From Minisyncoccota bacterium (GTDB lineage: Bacteria > Patescibacteriota > Minisyncoccia > Phycocordibacterales > UBA6065): a DNA stretch of 64,000 bases. The notes beneath the pieces are model-generated. The model ran no database searches. It had not been told where the DNA came from and was given only the letters and a program-made list of their open reading frames with translations. The stretch spans positions 161 to 64,160 of the forward strand of contig DASTLR010000003.1 of NCBI GenBank assembly GCA_035714745.1. Direction: 5' to 3'. Numbering within the stretch: position 1 is the stretch's first letter; every line of letters starts with the position of its first letter. Positions 1 to 10,236 of the stretch are shown piece after piece. Made by a program: the position numbers and the translations under genes.

Positions 1-3000
1 TTAACCTCTTCTGTTGGAGATGGTATCCGAATAAAGGGTACGGGGAGCAATTCACCGAGTGTCCTCCTGACTGGTCCTAGCGGAGACAATGGTGCAATTG
101 GACTTGCTCTGGGCTCCAATCATTTTGTTACAGGATCAGCAGCAAACGATCTTGTGATACGAGCTAATGCAGGCAAGATGCATTTTGCATATAGCGACGC
201 TGCTATAGGTATGACGTTGAATACGAACGGCAACGTCGGCGTCGGGACCTCGACGCCTACGAGCAAGCTCTCTGTCGAAGGCGACTTCACAAGCTCTGGC
301 ACGCAGGCCTTCGAGATGACACGCACGGGCGTAGCGAGGACGGCTGCTCGCTTCAGCATATCGAACGCGACGAACTCGGCGGGCGTATTCCTGCCGGTGT
401 TCACGGGCGTCTCAAACTACGACAGCAGCGGAACCGCGATAGGCATGTACTTCACTGGCCAGCCGGTCGCTGACAACAGCTCTGACGACGTCGCTCTGAG
501 GTTCGACGGCCGCACGCAGTCCGCGACCGCCATGACCACTGGCGCCATCGCGGAGTTCACCAACCTCAACACGCCTCTCCTGAGGATCATGGCGAGCGGG
601 AAGATAGGTATCGGCACCACTTCGCCTTCTCAGTTGCTCTCCGTCCAAGGAAATGGCCTATTCTCAGGAAACCTGTTTGTCGGCGGTTCAATTACCTCGA
701 CCAGTACTCTCTATATAAACAAAACAAGCGCGGCATCGACCAGAGAGTCTCTCGGGAAGCTTTCCGTCTCGGACGCGGGCAATGACGCGTTCTATTTCGG
801 CAACGGCACGTCGGCCGACGGGTCATATTCCCCGAGCTTCTCGGCCTATGTCGACTCGAGCCTCGGCGGTCTCGTCCTTGACGGCATTACTTCGAGCGCG
901 AAGGATAACGCGGCGAACGCCCTTGTGACGGTAAGGGGCATGATCACGAACAACGCCTCGGACCCATTGAACGGAAGCCTGTCTAACCCGACGACGCGAG
1001 GCATCTTTATGGTGACGAACAAGGACGCCTTCGGGACCAGCCCATACTTCTATGTGGGGGCGGCTGGCAACGTCGGCATCGGGACGACGAGTCCGGTTGC
1101 GCCTTTGTCAATCGAAAGAAACGGAAGCAGTGCGGTAATTTCTCTTAGAGACACTTACGATTCGACAAGTCGGGAATACAGATTTGGGTCAATAACCGCT
1201 GGTTCTCCTTTAGGTAATCAAGGTGATTTCACCTTTAGTGAATATAATTCGGGTTCGTTTGTCGGAACAAGACTGGTTATCCAAAAAACGACCGGCAACG
1301 TCGGCATCGGCACTACGTCGCCGTATGCAAGGCTCGCCGTGGCGGGACAGACCGTTTCCGCGTACTTCACCGCCACGACGACGACAGCCTCGACCTTCCC
1401 GTACGCCTCGTCTACCGCCTCGACCTTTACCACCGGCTACTCGTCGAAGATATACGCTCCGATCATCACGGCGGCGGATTCTGGCAATACTAATTTGAAC
1501 CTCAGGAGCAATGGCAACGGCTCTATCATCTTCGCTTCGGGCGACGGCAACACCGAGATGGGCAGGTTCCTGGGCTCGAACAACAGCTTCGGCGTCGGCA
1601 CCTCGTCGCCGTCCGCAAAGCTGTCGATCACAAGCTCCGGCACCGGCACGGGCAGGGCGTTCGTTGTGGCGAACTCCTCGAACGCCGAGAAGTTCACCAT
1701 CCTCGACAACGGCAACGTCGGCATCGGCTCGACCTCGCCGTTCGCGAAGCTCTCCGTAGTGGGAGGGGGTCAAGTCATCTACGGCGGCTCGATCGACCTC
1801 GCTACGACCACTCCGACGATCTGCTCGAGCGTGAGCCGAGTATACGTATACGGCAAGACGCTCTATCAGGGATCGGGCGACAACTGCCCAAGCCTGCTCG
1901 CCGCTATCGACGTATCCAATCCGCGGGCGCCGCGCACGAACGGCTACATCACGAGCGTCGGCGCCGGGGGACCTGTGGCGGTGGCGGGCAAATACGCATA
2001 TACCATCGGCTCGGATTTCTCGGTCATCGACGTCTCGAATCCCTCGACCCCTCTCCTTGTCGGCAAGATCCCGTTCCTGGGCATCTTTACAGGCGCCTCG
2101 GACAGCCGCGCCATAGGTATCTCCGGCAGGTATGTCTATATCGCTCGCGGGGACTCGGGTTTCGTCATCGTCGACGTCGCGGATCCCGCGAATCCTAGCG
2201 TGGCCGGTTCGTATGATACGCCGGGGAGCGCCAAAAGCGTCGACGTGAAGGGCAAGTATCTCTATGTGGCAGACGACACGTCCGGTCTCGAGATATTCGA
2301 CGTCTCTGATCCTACCTCTCCTCTCCTTGTCGGGTCCTATAACACGAGCGGCAACTCGCTGGCTGTGAAAGTGCAGGACCGCTACGCGTACGTGGCAGAC
2401 AGCGGGGGACAGCTTGCCGTGATCGACGTCTCTAATCCGGCCTCGCCCGCTCTCATGACGACCGGCGGATATCAGGGCTATTCCGTTTACGACGTCCAGC
2501 TCTCGGGCAAGTACGCCTTCATAGCGACAGGCGGCGGGATCGCCATGATGGATATCAGCGACCCTGCGAGCATCGTCTCGGTCGCCGTAGAGACGCTGAC
2601 CGGAGCCAATATCAGCCAGATATCAGTTTCAGGCAATTACGTTTATGGTTCGGATTCGAGTCACAACACCATCTATATCTTTAGCACCGGCGGCCTCGAC
2701 GTGCCTTCGCTTCAGGCTGGTTCCGCGGAAGTAAGCTCGCTCATCTCGAGGGGGGACATTTTGGGCGATGGGAATCTGTTCATATCGGGGGCGTTCAGCG
2801 CAGGCATAGCGGGCATCCATTCTCGCGGCACGATATCTGCATACGTCGCCACGACCACGGGCAATCCGGTCGCCGCCACGTTCATGGGAGGCAAGGTGGG
2901 CGTCGGCACGACCTCGCCCGCGTCGCTCTTTACCGTCATGGGCGGCGGGGCCTGCTTCTCGGGCAGCTCTGCGACTCTGGCCTGCGGCAACGCGGCCGGC

Positions 3001-4620
3001 AACCTGTACTACCGCACGGCTAACACGGGAACCTACGACGTGGCCGAGAACTACGCCGCTTCGGACGCGTCGATCGAGGCCGCCGACATCGTAGCCTTGG
3101 ACGAGGCGAACCCTCTGCGCATCGTCAAGGCTACCCGCGGCTCGCACATCCTGGGCGCCATCTCGACCGATCCCGGACTGGTCCTGGGAGGAGCCGACGC
3201 TACGGCAGACGCTTCGTCTACCCGCCCTGTGGCCCTGTCGGGCCGCGTGCCGGTCAAGGTCAACGGCGAGGCGGGCAACATAGCCATCGGCGACAAGATC
3301 TCGATCTCGTCTACCGCAGGCGTGGGCAAGAAGGCCGTCGGCTCCGAGGAATCCATCGGCGTGGCCCTGGAGGCATGGACGGGCACGGCCCTGGACCAGG
3401 GCATCGTCAAGGTCTTTGTGACCGCCAAGCAGCAGGTCGACCAGGACAAGTTCACCGTCATGGGCTCGGGCAACGTCGGCATCGGCACCACCTCGCCGGA
3501 CTACAAGCTGCAGGTCGCGGGAGACATCGCGGCCACCGCTTTCGTCAACGTCTCGACCCGCGCCGCCAAAAAGGATATCGCCTATGTCGACGACGCCGCG
3601 CGCGCATCGATGTTCGCCAAGCTGCGCACCGTCGGCGTCGCGACCTACCGCTACAACGAGGAGAGCGAGAACCAGCCGCTGCGCATGGGCCTCATCGCCG
3701 AGGAGGCTCCTGCCGAGGTGCTCGCCGACACTGGCAAGGGCGTCGACGTCTACAAGCTCTCGACCTTCATCCTGGCTGGCGTCCAGGAGATGGCGGCCAG
3801 GATGGACGCGCTGGACGGCCGCGTCAAGCGCAATGCCGACGACATCGCTTCGCTCCAGGCCTCGCTCGCCGACACGGTCGCCCAATTGACCGACCTGCGG
3901 GCCCAGGTGGCGGCAGGCCAGCTCGCCGCGGCTTCTGCTTCGACCAGCGCCACGACGGCGAGCACGACCGTCACCTGGTCCGACGGCTTTGGGGCGTCGG
4001 TCCTGGCCTTCTTCCAGACCATCGGTCTGAAGCTCGAGAACGGCATCGCCTATATCGCCAACGCCGTCGTCGAGACGTTCAGCGCCAATATCGCATATAT
4101 CAAGAGCGCGACGATCGAGTCGGCCTCGGTCGAGGCTCTGACCGTCGGTTCGGCCGAGAAGCGCTCGGGCATCACCCTCTACGACGAGCTGACCGGCCAG
4201 CCATATTGTTTGACCATCGCCGGCGGCCAGACGAAGAACGCGGCAGGGGAGTGCCCAAGGATCACCGCCTCGTCGACCGCGCCGATGGCTGCTCCGGCGC
4301 CGGGAGTCTCGGGCAGCTTCGTGTCGCCGGCGAGCGACGCGGCCGCGGCGGGCGCTCCGCAGGCCGTCCAGCCGTCCTCGACGAACGAGGGCACGACCAC
4401 GGTCAGCGTGGAGCCGGCGCCAGCGCCTATAGCGGCTCCGGTCCAGGAGGCGCCCGTGGCGACGTCGACCGCGCCTGCAGCGGACCAGCCTGCGGCCACC
4501 TCCACCCCTGCCGCGGCGGTGACGGCGGCGACCTCCACGCCGGCAGACTCGTCGCCGGTGACGGTCACGGCCGAGACGGCCGCATCGTCTTCGCCAGAGC
4601 TCGGCATGGCGGCTCAGTAG
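1..4620 (+). CDS. Giant tail-fibre-like surface protein (5' partial): GNVGIGT repeats, LVIVD-type repeats, peptidase G2-like and S74-like chaperone domains, coiled coil, Ala/Pro/Thr/Ser-rich tail
   Basis: Frame is open from base 1. Eight G(N/K)VG(I/V)GTxxP-type repeats; repeated (V/I)(I/V)DVS(N/D)P units; YDVAENY...PVALSGRVPVKV (G2-like); VSTRAAKKDI...MGLIAEE (S74-like). Confidence 0.8.
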   Translation, partial: LTSSVGDGIRIKGTGSNSPSVLLTGPSGDNGAIGLALGSNHFVTGSAANDLVIRANAGKMHFAYSDAAIGMTLNTNGNVGVGTSTPTSKLSVEGDFTSSGTQAFEMTRTGVARTAARFSISNATNSAGVFLPVFTGVSNYDSSGTAIGMYFTGQPVADNSSDDVALRFDGRTQSATAMTTGAIAEFTNLNTPLLRIMASGKIGIGTTSPSQLLSVQGNGLFSGNLFVGGSITSTSTLYINKTSAASTRESLGKLSVSDAGNDAFYFGNGTSADGSYSPSFSAYVDSSLGGLVLDGITSSAKDNAANALVTVRGMITNNASDPLNGSLSNPTTRGIFMVTNKDAFGTSPYFYVGAAGNVGIGTTSPVAPLSIERNGSSAVISLRDTYDSTSREYRFGSITAGSPLGNQGDFTFSEYNSGSFVGTRLVIQKTTGNVGIGTTSPYARLAVAGQTVSAYFTATTTTASTFPYASSTASTFTTGYSSKIYAPIITAADSGNTNLNLRSNGNGSIIFASGDGNTEMGRFLGSNNSFGVGTSSPSAKLSITSSGTGTGRAFVVANSSNAEKFTILDNGNVGIGSTSPFAKLSVVGGGQVIYGGSIDLATTTPTICSSVSRVYVYGKTLYQGSGDNCPSLLAAIDVSNPRAPRTNGYITSVGAGGPVAVAGKYAYTIGSDFSVIDVSNPSTPLLVGKIPFLGIFTGASDSRAIGISGRYVYIARGDSGFVIVDVADPANPSVAGSYDTPGSAKSVDVKGKYLYVADDTSGLEIFDVSDPTSPLLVGSYNTSGNSLAVKVQDRYAYVADSGGQLAVIDVSNPASPALMTTGGYQGYSVYDVQLSGKYAFIATGGGIAMMDISDPASIVSVAVETLTGANISQISVSGNYVYGSDSSHNTIYIFSTGGLDVPSLQAGSAEVSSLISRGDILGDGNLFISGAFSAGIAGIHSRGTISAYVATTTGNPVAATFMGGKVGVGTTSPASLFTVMGGGACFSGSSATLACGNAAGNLYYRTANTGTYDVAENYAASDASIEAADIVALDEANPLRIVKATRGSHILGAISTDPGLVLGGADATADASSTRPVALSGRVPVKVNGEAGNIAIGDKISISSTAGVGKKAVGSEESIGVALEAWTGTALDQGIVKVFVTAKQQVDQDKFTVMGSGNVGIGTTSPDYKLQVAGDIAATAFVNVSTRAAKKDIAYVDDAARASMFAKLRTVGVATYRYNEESENQPLRMGLIAEEAPAEVLADTGKGVDVYKLSTFILAGVQEMAARMDALDGRVKRNADDIASLQASLADTVAQLTDLRAQVAAGQLAAASASTSATTASTTVTWSDGFGASVLAFFQTIGLKLENGIAYIANAVVETFSANIAYIKSATIESASVEALTVGSAEKRSGITLYDELTGQPYCLTIAGGQTKNAAGECPRITASSTAPMAAPAPGVSGSFVSPASDAAAAGAPQAVQPSSTNEGTTTVSVEPAPAPIAAPVQEAPVATSTAPAADQPAATSTPAAAVTAATSTPADSSPVTVTAETAASSSPELGMAAQ

Positions 4621-4648
4621 GGTATACTAATGGCATAACTTTCACATC

Positions 4649-5683
4649 ATGTTCGCAAAGAAAAAGATACGAGTAGCGATAAACGGCTTCGGCAGGATCG
4701 GCAGGGCGTTCCTGAAGGTGGCCCGCGAGAGGGACGAGATCGAGGTGGTGGCGGTCAACGACCTGGGCGATATCAACAATATGGCCTATCTTTTGCGATA
4801 CGACACCGTCTATCGCGCCGCGTCGTTCCCGGTCGAGGCGGTCGAGGGCAGCGACCCATATCTCCTGGTTGACGGCAGGAAAGTGCTCTTCGTCAGCCAA
4901 AAGGACCCGGCGCAATTGCCGTGGAAGAAGCTGAATATCGACGTGGTGGTGGAGTCGACGGGGCTTTTCACAGCTTTCGAAAAGGCCAAAGTGCATCTGG
5001 ACGCGGGCGCTCGCCGCGTTGTTATCAGCGCTCCGGCTAAGGGTGACGGAAGCTTCCAGGGCGAGACCGTGCTCATGGGCGTGAATGAGGACAGGCTCAA
5101 GGCCTGCGCCGTCAGCTCGAACGCCTCGTGCACGACGAACGCCGGGTCGCCGCTTCTCGCCATCCTCGACGAGGCCATCGGCATCGAAAAGGCCGTGCTC
5201 AATACCGTCCACGGCTACACGGCCAGCCAGGGCATCGTCGACGGGCCGAACAAGAAGGATTGGCGCGAGGGCAGGGCGGCGGCCATGAACATCGTGCCGT
5301 CATCGACCGGCGCGGCCATCGCCACGACAAAGGCCCTGACGCAATTGACCGGCAAATTCGACGGCATCTCCATCCGCGTGCCGGTGGTTGCCGGCTCGAT
5401 CGCCGACATTACCTTTATCGCCAAGCGCGACACTACCGCCGAGGAGGTCAACCTGGCCCTCAAGCGAGCCGCGAGGAGCGAGCGCTGGAAGGGCATATTC
5501 GCCGCCACCGAGGAGGAGCTGGTCTCGAGCGACATCCTGGGCGAGTCGCATGCCTCTATCGCCGACCTCAAGATGACGCGCGTGGTCGGGGGCAATCTGG
5601 TGAAGGTGTTGGCGTGGTATGACAACGAGATGGGGTATACGCATACCTTGGTCGATCACGTCATAAAAGCTGGGCAGGTTTAA
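4649..5683 (+). CDS. gap: Glyceraldehyde-3-phosphate dehydrogenase type I
   Basis: AINGFGRIGR, SNASCTTN, WYDNEMGY motifs. Confidence 0.97.
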   Translation: MFAKKKIRVAINGFGRIGRAFLKVARERDEIEVVAVNDLGDINNMAYLLRYDTVYRAASFPVEAVEGSDPYLLVDGRKVLFVSQKDPAQLPWKKLNIDVVVESTGLFTAFEKAKVHLDAGARRVVISAPAKGDGSFQGETVLMGVNEDRLKACAVSSNASCTTNAGSPLLAILDEAIGIEKAVLNTVHGYTASQGIVDGPNKKDWREGRAAAMNIVPSSTGAAIATTKALTQLTGKFDGISIRVPVVAGSIADITFIAKRDTTAEEVNLALKRAARSERWKGIFAATEEELVSSDILGESHASIADLKMTRVVGGNLVKVLAWYDNEMGYTHTLVDHVIKAGQV

Positions 5684-5715
5684 AACAAGTGACGATTGAC
5701 AGCCGAGCGATAATG

Positions 5716-5736
5716 GCGCCTAAACGGCGCTTTTTT
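5716..5736 (+). terminator. Intrinsic terminator after gap
   Basis: GCGCC-taaac-GGCGC followed by T6. Confidence 0.7.
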
Positions 5737-5795
5737 CGTGATTTTTATAATTCCTTGAGCTCCTAGGTGTTAGTCTGGAGCGCGAGGTGGTTGAT

Positions 5796-5858
5796 CTGTC
5801 TTAAAAAATAAGACAGTCGTCTGGACTATCAAGACTTCTGTCTTAAAAATTAAGACAA
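5796..5858. promoter_or_regulatory. Pair of palindromic operator-like sites TGTCTTA-N5-TAAGACA
   Basis: CTGTCTTAaaaaaTAAGACAG (5796-5816) and CTGTCTTAaaaatTAAGACAA (5838-5858), 42 bp apart, upstream of an HTH gene. Confidence 0.6.
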
Positions 5859-5881
5859 GGAACCTACCCGTCGAAAATACT

Positions 5882-6328
5882 ATGCTCGACCGCCAACAAA
5901 TTATCAGATTTCCCGAGAATCCCGAAGATAAGCTATACGAAAAACGAAACGGCATCTTTTGGGAGGTCGATATTCAGGATATTTACGAGAAGGATCTTTT
6001 AAAAGAATTCGAGCGGCATGTTCCGACCTTCAATCCGCATCGGAAGCTTGATGAGAACAAGCTGCGGGCCATCAGCTTAACCATGGGCCTATCAAAAGCC
6101 GAATCGAAGATAATCGCCGCGACTTGGTCACGGGGCTTTTCCATGGCTTCGATCCATCGAGCCACCGGCATACCGAAGGGCTCCCTTACATACGCGCTTG
6201 ATCGCCTCTGCGAACGCCGGCTTTTGACCAGGCTGTCGCCGAAGCCCGCTGATGACGAAAAAAGGCCGCGGTGGAAATCCCGCCTTCCGGACGCTATCCG
6301 AGAGCTCTGGACGGCCATGGTATACTAG
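5882..6328 (+). CDS. Winged-HTH (TrmB-N-like) DNA-binding protein
   Basis: GLSKAESKII...SMASIHRATGIPKGSLTYALDRLCERRLL resembles a TrmB-type wHTH. Confidence 0.6.
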   Translation: MLDRQQIIRFPENPEDKLYEKRNGIFWEVDIQDIYEKDLLKEFERHVPTFNPHRKLDENKLRAISLTMGLSKAESKIIAATWSRGFSMASIHRATGIPKGSLTYALDRLCERRLLTRLSPKPADDEKRPRWKSRLPDAIRELWTAMVY

Positions 6329-6332
6329 TCTC

Positions 6333-6794
6333 ATGAAAATTTTCCTTGCCTCGGACCATGCGGGCTTCGAGCTGAAGCGCTTCCTCCTGGAGCGGCTGTC
6401 GCTCGCGGGGCACGAGGCGCGCGACTTGGGCGCCCGCGAGTTCGCGCCTGACGACGACTATCCGGACTATGTCTCGCTCGCGGCCCGCGAGATCTCGCGC
6501 GACCCTTCGGCTGCCCGGGCCATCGTCATCGGCGGCTCGGGGCAGGGCGAGGCTATCTGCGCCAACAAGTTCTACGGCGTGCGCGCCGCGGTCTATTACG
6601 GCGGCAATACGGACACCGTCAAGCTCTCGCGCGAGCACAACGACGCGAACGTCCTCTCGCTCGGGGCGCGCTTTCTCTCGCCCCGGGACGCTCTGAACGC
6701 CGTGAACCTCTGGCTCGCCACGCCATTCTCGGGCGACGAGCGCCACAAGCGCCGCAACCAGAAGCTGTATACGATGGGGAAGCAGGAGCAGTAG
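6333..6794 (+). CDS. rpiB: Ribose-5-phosphate isomerase B
   Basis: MKIFLASDHAGF, DDDYPD, GGSGQG, SREHNDANVL, RH.RR; ATG at 6333 lies 6 nt after TATACT. Confidence 0.95.
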   Translation: MKIFLASDHAGFELKRFLLERLSLAGHEARDLGAREFAPDDDYPDYVSLAAREISRDPSAARAIVIGGSGQGEAICANKFYGVRAAVYYGGNTDTVKLSREHNDANVLSLGARFLSPRDALNAVNLWLATPFSGDERHKRRNQKLYTMGKQEQ

Positions 6795-6822
6795 GGAAGA
6801 ATTTTCAATATCCAATTTTCAC

Positions 6823-7541
6823 ATGATAGAGATCACTCCAGCTATATTGCCAGAATCGTACCGCGAGCTCGTCGACAAGCTCGATATCGCCGCCGGCCAC
6901 GCCCGGGCCGTACAGGTCGACATCTGCGACGGCGGCTATGTGCCGAGCAGGACATGGCCGTACCTGAAGGGGCCCAACGCCGAAGATATGATCTTTGAAG
7001 AGATCAAAAGCCAGGAGCAGGCCCTGCCGCACTGGGACATCGTCGACTTCGAGTTCGACCTGATGGTCCGCGACGCGCATGCGAAGATCCCCGACTTCAT
7101 CGCCGTGGGCGCGAGCCGTATCGTCGTCCACCAGGCCAGCATGATGAGGGCGAGCTCGAGAGCGTCGTGCGCGACTACGGCAGACAGTCTGACGATCTGG
7201 GCCCCTTTGACGTCGAGCTGGGCGTCGCCCTTTTGCCGACCGACGACCCCGAAGCCGTAGCGGCGTCGATCGCGCCAGTGGCTGCCGGCATCCACTTCGT
7301 CCAGGTCATGGGCATCCAGAATATCGGCTACCAGGGCCAGGATTTCGACCCTCGGGCCGTGGAGCTGGTCCGCGCCCTCCGCGCGGCCTATCCCGACATG
7401 CCGATCGCCGTCGACGGGGGAGTGGACGTGGATAACGGTCGCGAGCTGGTCAACGCCGGGGCCACTCGATTGGTCGTCGGCTCGGCTCTCTTCGAGAGCG
7501 TCGACTTCGCCGGCACCCTCAAGGAATTCCAAGCATTGTGA
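6823..7541 (+). pseudogene. rpe: Ribulose-phosphate 3-epimerase, split by a 1-nt frameshift near 7141-7143 (real lesion or assembly error)
   Basis: N-half (ITPAIL, VQVDICDG.YVP, DLMV, IVVH) and C-half (VQVMG, GYQGQ.F, IAVDGGV, GATRLVVGSA) are in different frames; junction reads agc AT gat gag. Confidence 0.8.
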
Positions 7542-7558
7542 TCGAACCCTCTACGCGC

Positions 7559-8452
7559 ATGTCACTCACCCAAGAACAGATAAAGAGCATAGAGAGCAAG
7601 GCGAACGACATCCGCCAGTCCATTATCTCTATGCTCGTCGAGGCCGGCTCGGGACACACCGCCGGGCCGCTCGGCATGGCGGACGTATTCGCAACCCTCT
7701 ATTTCGCTGGCCCGCAATCGGGCCTCAGGCACGACCCGCTGCGCCCTGATTGGCCGGAGCGCGACCGCCTGGTCCTTTCGAACGGCCACATCGCCCCGGT
7801 GCTCTATGCGACCATGGCCCATGCAGGCTATTTCCCGGTGGAGGAGCTGCGCACCCTGCGCAAGTTCGGCTCGCGCCTGCAGGGACACCCGCATCGGGAC
7901 TTCTTGCCCATGCTCGAGACCTCGTCCGGACCGCTGGGCAGCGGCTTGTCCCAGGCTGTGGGCATGGCTCTGGCAGATCGCATCGATCATGGGGGCGCCG
8001 TGGCGGGCAAATCGTCGCCGCGCCGCATCTACTGCCTGATGTCCGACGGAGAGCATGACGAAGGCAATACCTGGGAAGCGATTCTCCTGGCCGGCAGGGA
8101 GAAGCTGAACAACCTGGTCGCCGTCATCGACAGGAACAATATCCAGATCGACGGCTATACCGAGGACGTCATGCCTCTCGAGCCCTTTGCCGACAAATAC
8201 CTGACCTTTAACTGGCACGTCATCGAGGTCGATGGCAACGACGTCCGCGAGATCGCGGCCGCCTTTGAGACCGCAAAGACCATCTTCGAGAAGCCGGTGG
8301 TCGTCATCGCTCACACCATTCCCGGCAGGGGCGTGGCCGAATTCGAGCGCAAATACGAATGGCACGGCAAGGCGCCGAGCAGGGAAGAGGGGCGGATGGC
8401 CTTGAAAGAGCTGCGGACCCTCGGCGGCAAGATCCGCAGCGAACACGAATAA
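7559..8452 (+). CDS. tkt: Transketolase, N-terminal subunit
   Basis: GSGHTAG, DRLVLSNGH, LQGHP, SSGPLGSGL, SDGE...EG.TWEA TPP motif. Confidence 0.95.
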   Translation: MSLTQEQIKSIESKANDIRQSIISMLVEAGSGHTAGPLGMADVFATLYFAGPQSGLRHDPLRPDWPERDRLVLSNGHIAPVLYATMAHAGYFPVEELRTLRKFGSRLQGHPHRDFLPMLETSSGPLGSGLSQAVGMALADRIDHGGAVAGKSSPRRIYCLMSDGEHDEGNTWEAILLAGREKLNNLVAVIDRNNIQIDGYTEDVMPLEPFADKYLTFNWHVIEVDGNDVREIAAAFETAKTIFEKPVVVIAHTIPGRGVAEFERKYEWHGKAPSREEGRMALKELRTLGGKIRSEHE

Positions 8453-8458
8453 CGAGCT

Positions 8459-9475
8459 ATGATCGTACCATCACAAAAACTCAATCCAAAGCTCTTCGAC
8501 AAGGATATCGAAGAGGTGCCGATCCGCAAGGGCTTCGGCCAGGGATTGCTCGCGGCGGGGGAGCGCGACCAGAGGGTCGTCGGACTCTGCGCCGACCTCA
8601 CTGAGTCGACGCAGATGCACCTCTTCAGGGAGAAATTCCCTGAGAGGTTCGTCGAGATCGGCGTGGCCGAGCAGAACCTGGTGACGGTGGCCTCCGGCAT
8701 GGCGGCCATGGGCAAGATACCGTTCGTCAGCTCGTACGCCATGTTCTCTCCGGGCAGGAATTGGGAGCAGATCCGCACGACCATCGCCTATAACGGCCAG
8801 CCGGTCGTCATCGTCGGCTCGCACGCCGGCGTCTCCGTCGGCCCTGACGGCGGCACCCATCAGGCCACCGAGGATATCGCCCTCATGCGGTCTATGCCGA
8901 ACATGGTCGTGGTCTCGCCCTGCGACGCTATCGAGGCGAGAAAGGCCACGTTGGCCCTGGCAGAGCTGGCCCGAAAGGAGGGTAAGCCCTCCTATATGCG
9001 CCTTATACGCGATAAAACGCCCGTTATGACCACGGAAGCCACGCCGTTCGAGCTCGGCAAGGCCCGGGTCTTTTTCGAGCCTATAGCGGGTTCTCCCGAG
9101 GTCGCCATCATCGCCACCGGGGCCCTGGTGCACAAGGCTCTGACGGCTGCCCGCGAGCTCGAAAAGGAAAAGATAGGCGTCACGGTCCTGAACCTGGCCA
9201 CCATAAAGCCTCTCGACGAATCGGCCATCGTCCGCGCGGCCAAAGCCGCCGGGGCCGTCGTCACCGTCGAGGAGCACCAGGTCATGGGCGGCATGGGCTC
9301 GGCCGTGGCAGAGCTGCTGGCCGCCAAGCATCCGACGCCGATCGAATTCATCGGCGTCCAGGACCGCTTCGGCCAGTCGGGCACTCCCGAGGAGCTCGTC
9401 GAGCGCTACGGCATGGGGGTCAGGGATATCAAGGAGGCGGCGCTTCGGGTGTTAAAGAGAAAAAGGGAAAGATAG
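8459..9475 (+). CDS. tkt: Transketolase, C-terminal subunit
   Basis: GVAEQN, GPDGGTHQ, TVEEHQ..GG.GSAV motifs. Confidence 0.95.
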   Translation: MIVPSQKLNPKLFDKDIEEVPIRKGFGQGLLAAGERDQRVVGLCADLTESTQMHLFREKFPERFVEIGVAEQNLVTVASGMAAMGKIPFVSSYAMFSPGRNWEQIRTTIAYNGQPVVIVGSHAGVSVGPDGGTHQATEDIALMRSMPNMVVVSPCDAIEARKATLALAELARKEGKPSYMRLIRDKTPVMTTEATPFELGKARVFFEPIAGSPEVAIIATGALVHKALTAARELEKEKIGVTVLNLATIKPLDESAIVRAAKAAGAVVTVEEHQVMGGMGSAVAELLAAKHPTPIEFIGVQDRFGQSGTPEELVERYGMGVRDIKEAALRVLKRKRER

Positions 9476-9477
9476 AG

Positions 9478-9577
9478 AACGAAGATCACTCCGGACACTC
9501 AGAGCACAAAAGAACACCAGAAGGGGATTCCCTCTGGTGTTCTTTTGTGATCCCCGTGTTCCCTGGTGATCTTCGTT
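9478..9577. repeat. ~100-bp nested palindromic element, copy 1 (REP-like / bidirectional terminator)
   Basis: Outer IR AACGAAGATCAC/GTGATCTTCGTT; inner 17-bp IR CACAAAAGAACACCAGA/TCTGGTGTTCTTTTGTG; lies between convergent tkt and recR; second copy at 16400-16493. Confidence 0.85.
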
Positions 9578-9581
9578 TCCC

Positions 9582-10217
9582 CTACAACACTGTTTCCTGC
9601 TTGCGGCTCATCAGGGCGTTCCTGATGGTCTCGGAGTCGGAGTATTCGAGCTCGGTGCCGGTAGAGAGGCCGCGGCCCAGGATGGTCACTTTCAGGCCAT
9701 GTATTTTTATGAGAGGCGCGATGTAGCCCTCGACGAACTCGCGGGTGTGCTCGCCCTCGCTGTTAAGCGACAGGGCGAGGATGATTTCCTTGAGGCCGTT
9801 CTTTGCGCGGCGCTCGATTGCCTGGACCAGCTCCCGGGTGCGGATCTTCGATTCAGGGTCCTTTTCCACGAGCGATAGGGAGTTGCCCAGGACGAAGTAA
9901 TAGCCTCCGTAGACCTTGCTCTTTTCGACGGCGTCCAGGTCGACGTCCTTGGCCACGATCATAAGCGACTCGCGGTCGCGGCCGGCGTCGCGGCAGACAG
10001 GGCAGAGGTCGCCCGAGGCAGGGGCCCTCTTTTCGAAATAGCGATAGCAGCCGGAACAGACCGTCACGCGGGCGGCCAGCTGGACGATCTCGTCAGCCAG
10101 GGAGGCACGGAAGCCGTCGTTGGCGCCCAGCAGGAAATAGACGAATCGCTTGGCCTGGCGAGGGCCGATGCCGGGGAATTGCTTAAAAAGGTCGTGGAGG
10201 CGGTTCAGGTGGTCCAT
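9582..10217 (-). CDS. recR: Recombination mediator RecR
   Basis: FPGIGPRQAKR HhH, C4 zinc finger, Toprim region EIILALS...EGE.T, G.ELEY.D. Confidence 0.95.
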   Translation of the reverse strand: MDHLNRLHDLFKQFPGIGPRQAKRFVYFLLGANDGFRASLADEIVQLAARVTVCSGCYRYFEKRAPASGDLCPVCRDAGRDRESLMIVAKDVDLDAVEKSKVYGGYYFVLGNSLSLVEKDPESKIRTRELVQAIERRAKNGLKEIILALSLNSEGEHTREFVEGYIAPLIKIHGLKVTILGRGLSTGTELEYSDSETIRNALMSRKQETVL

Positions 10218-10236
10218 GCGCCTATTGTATCAGAGG

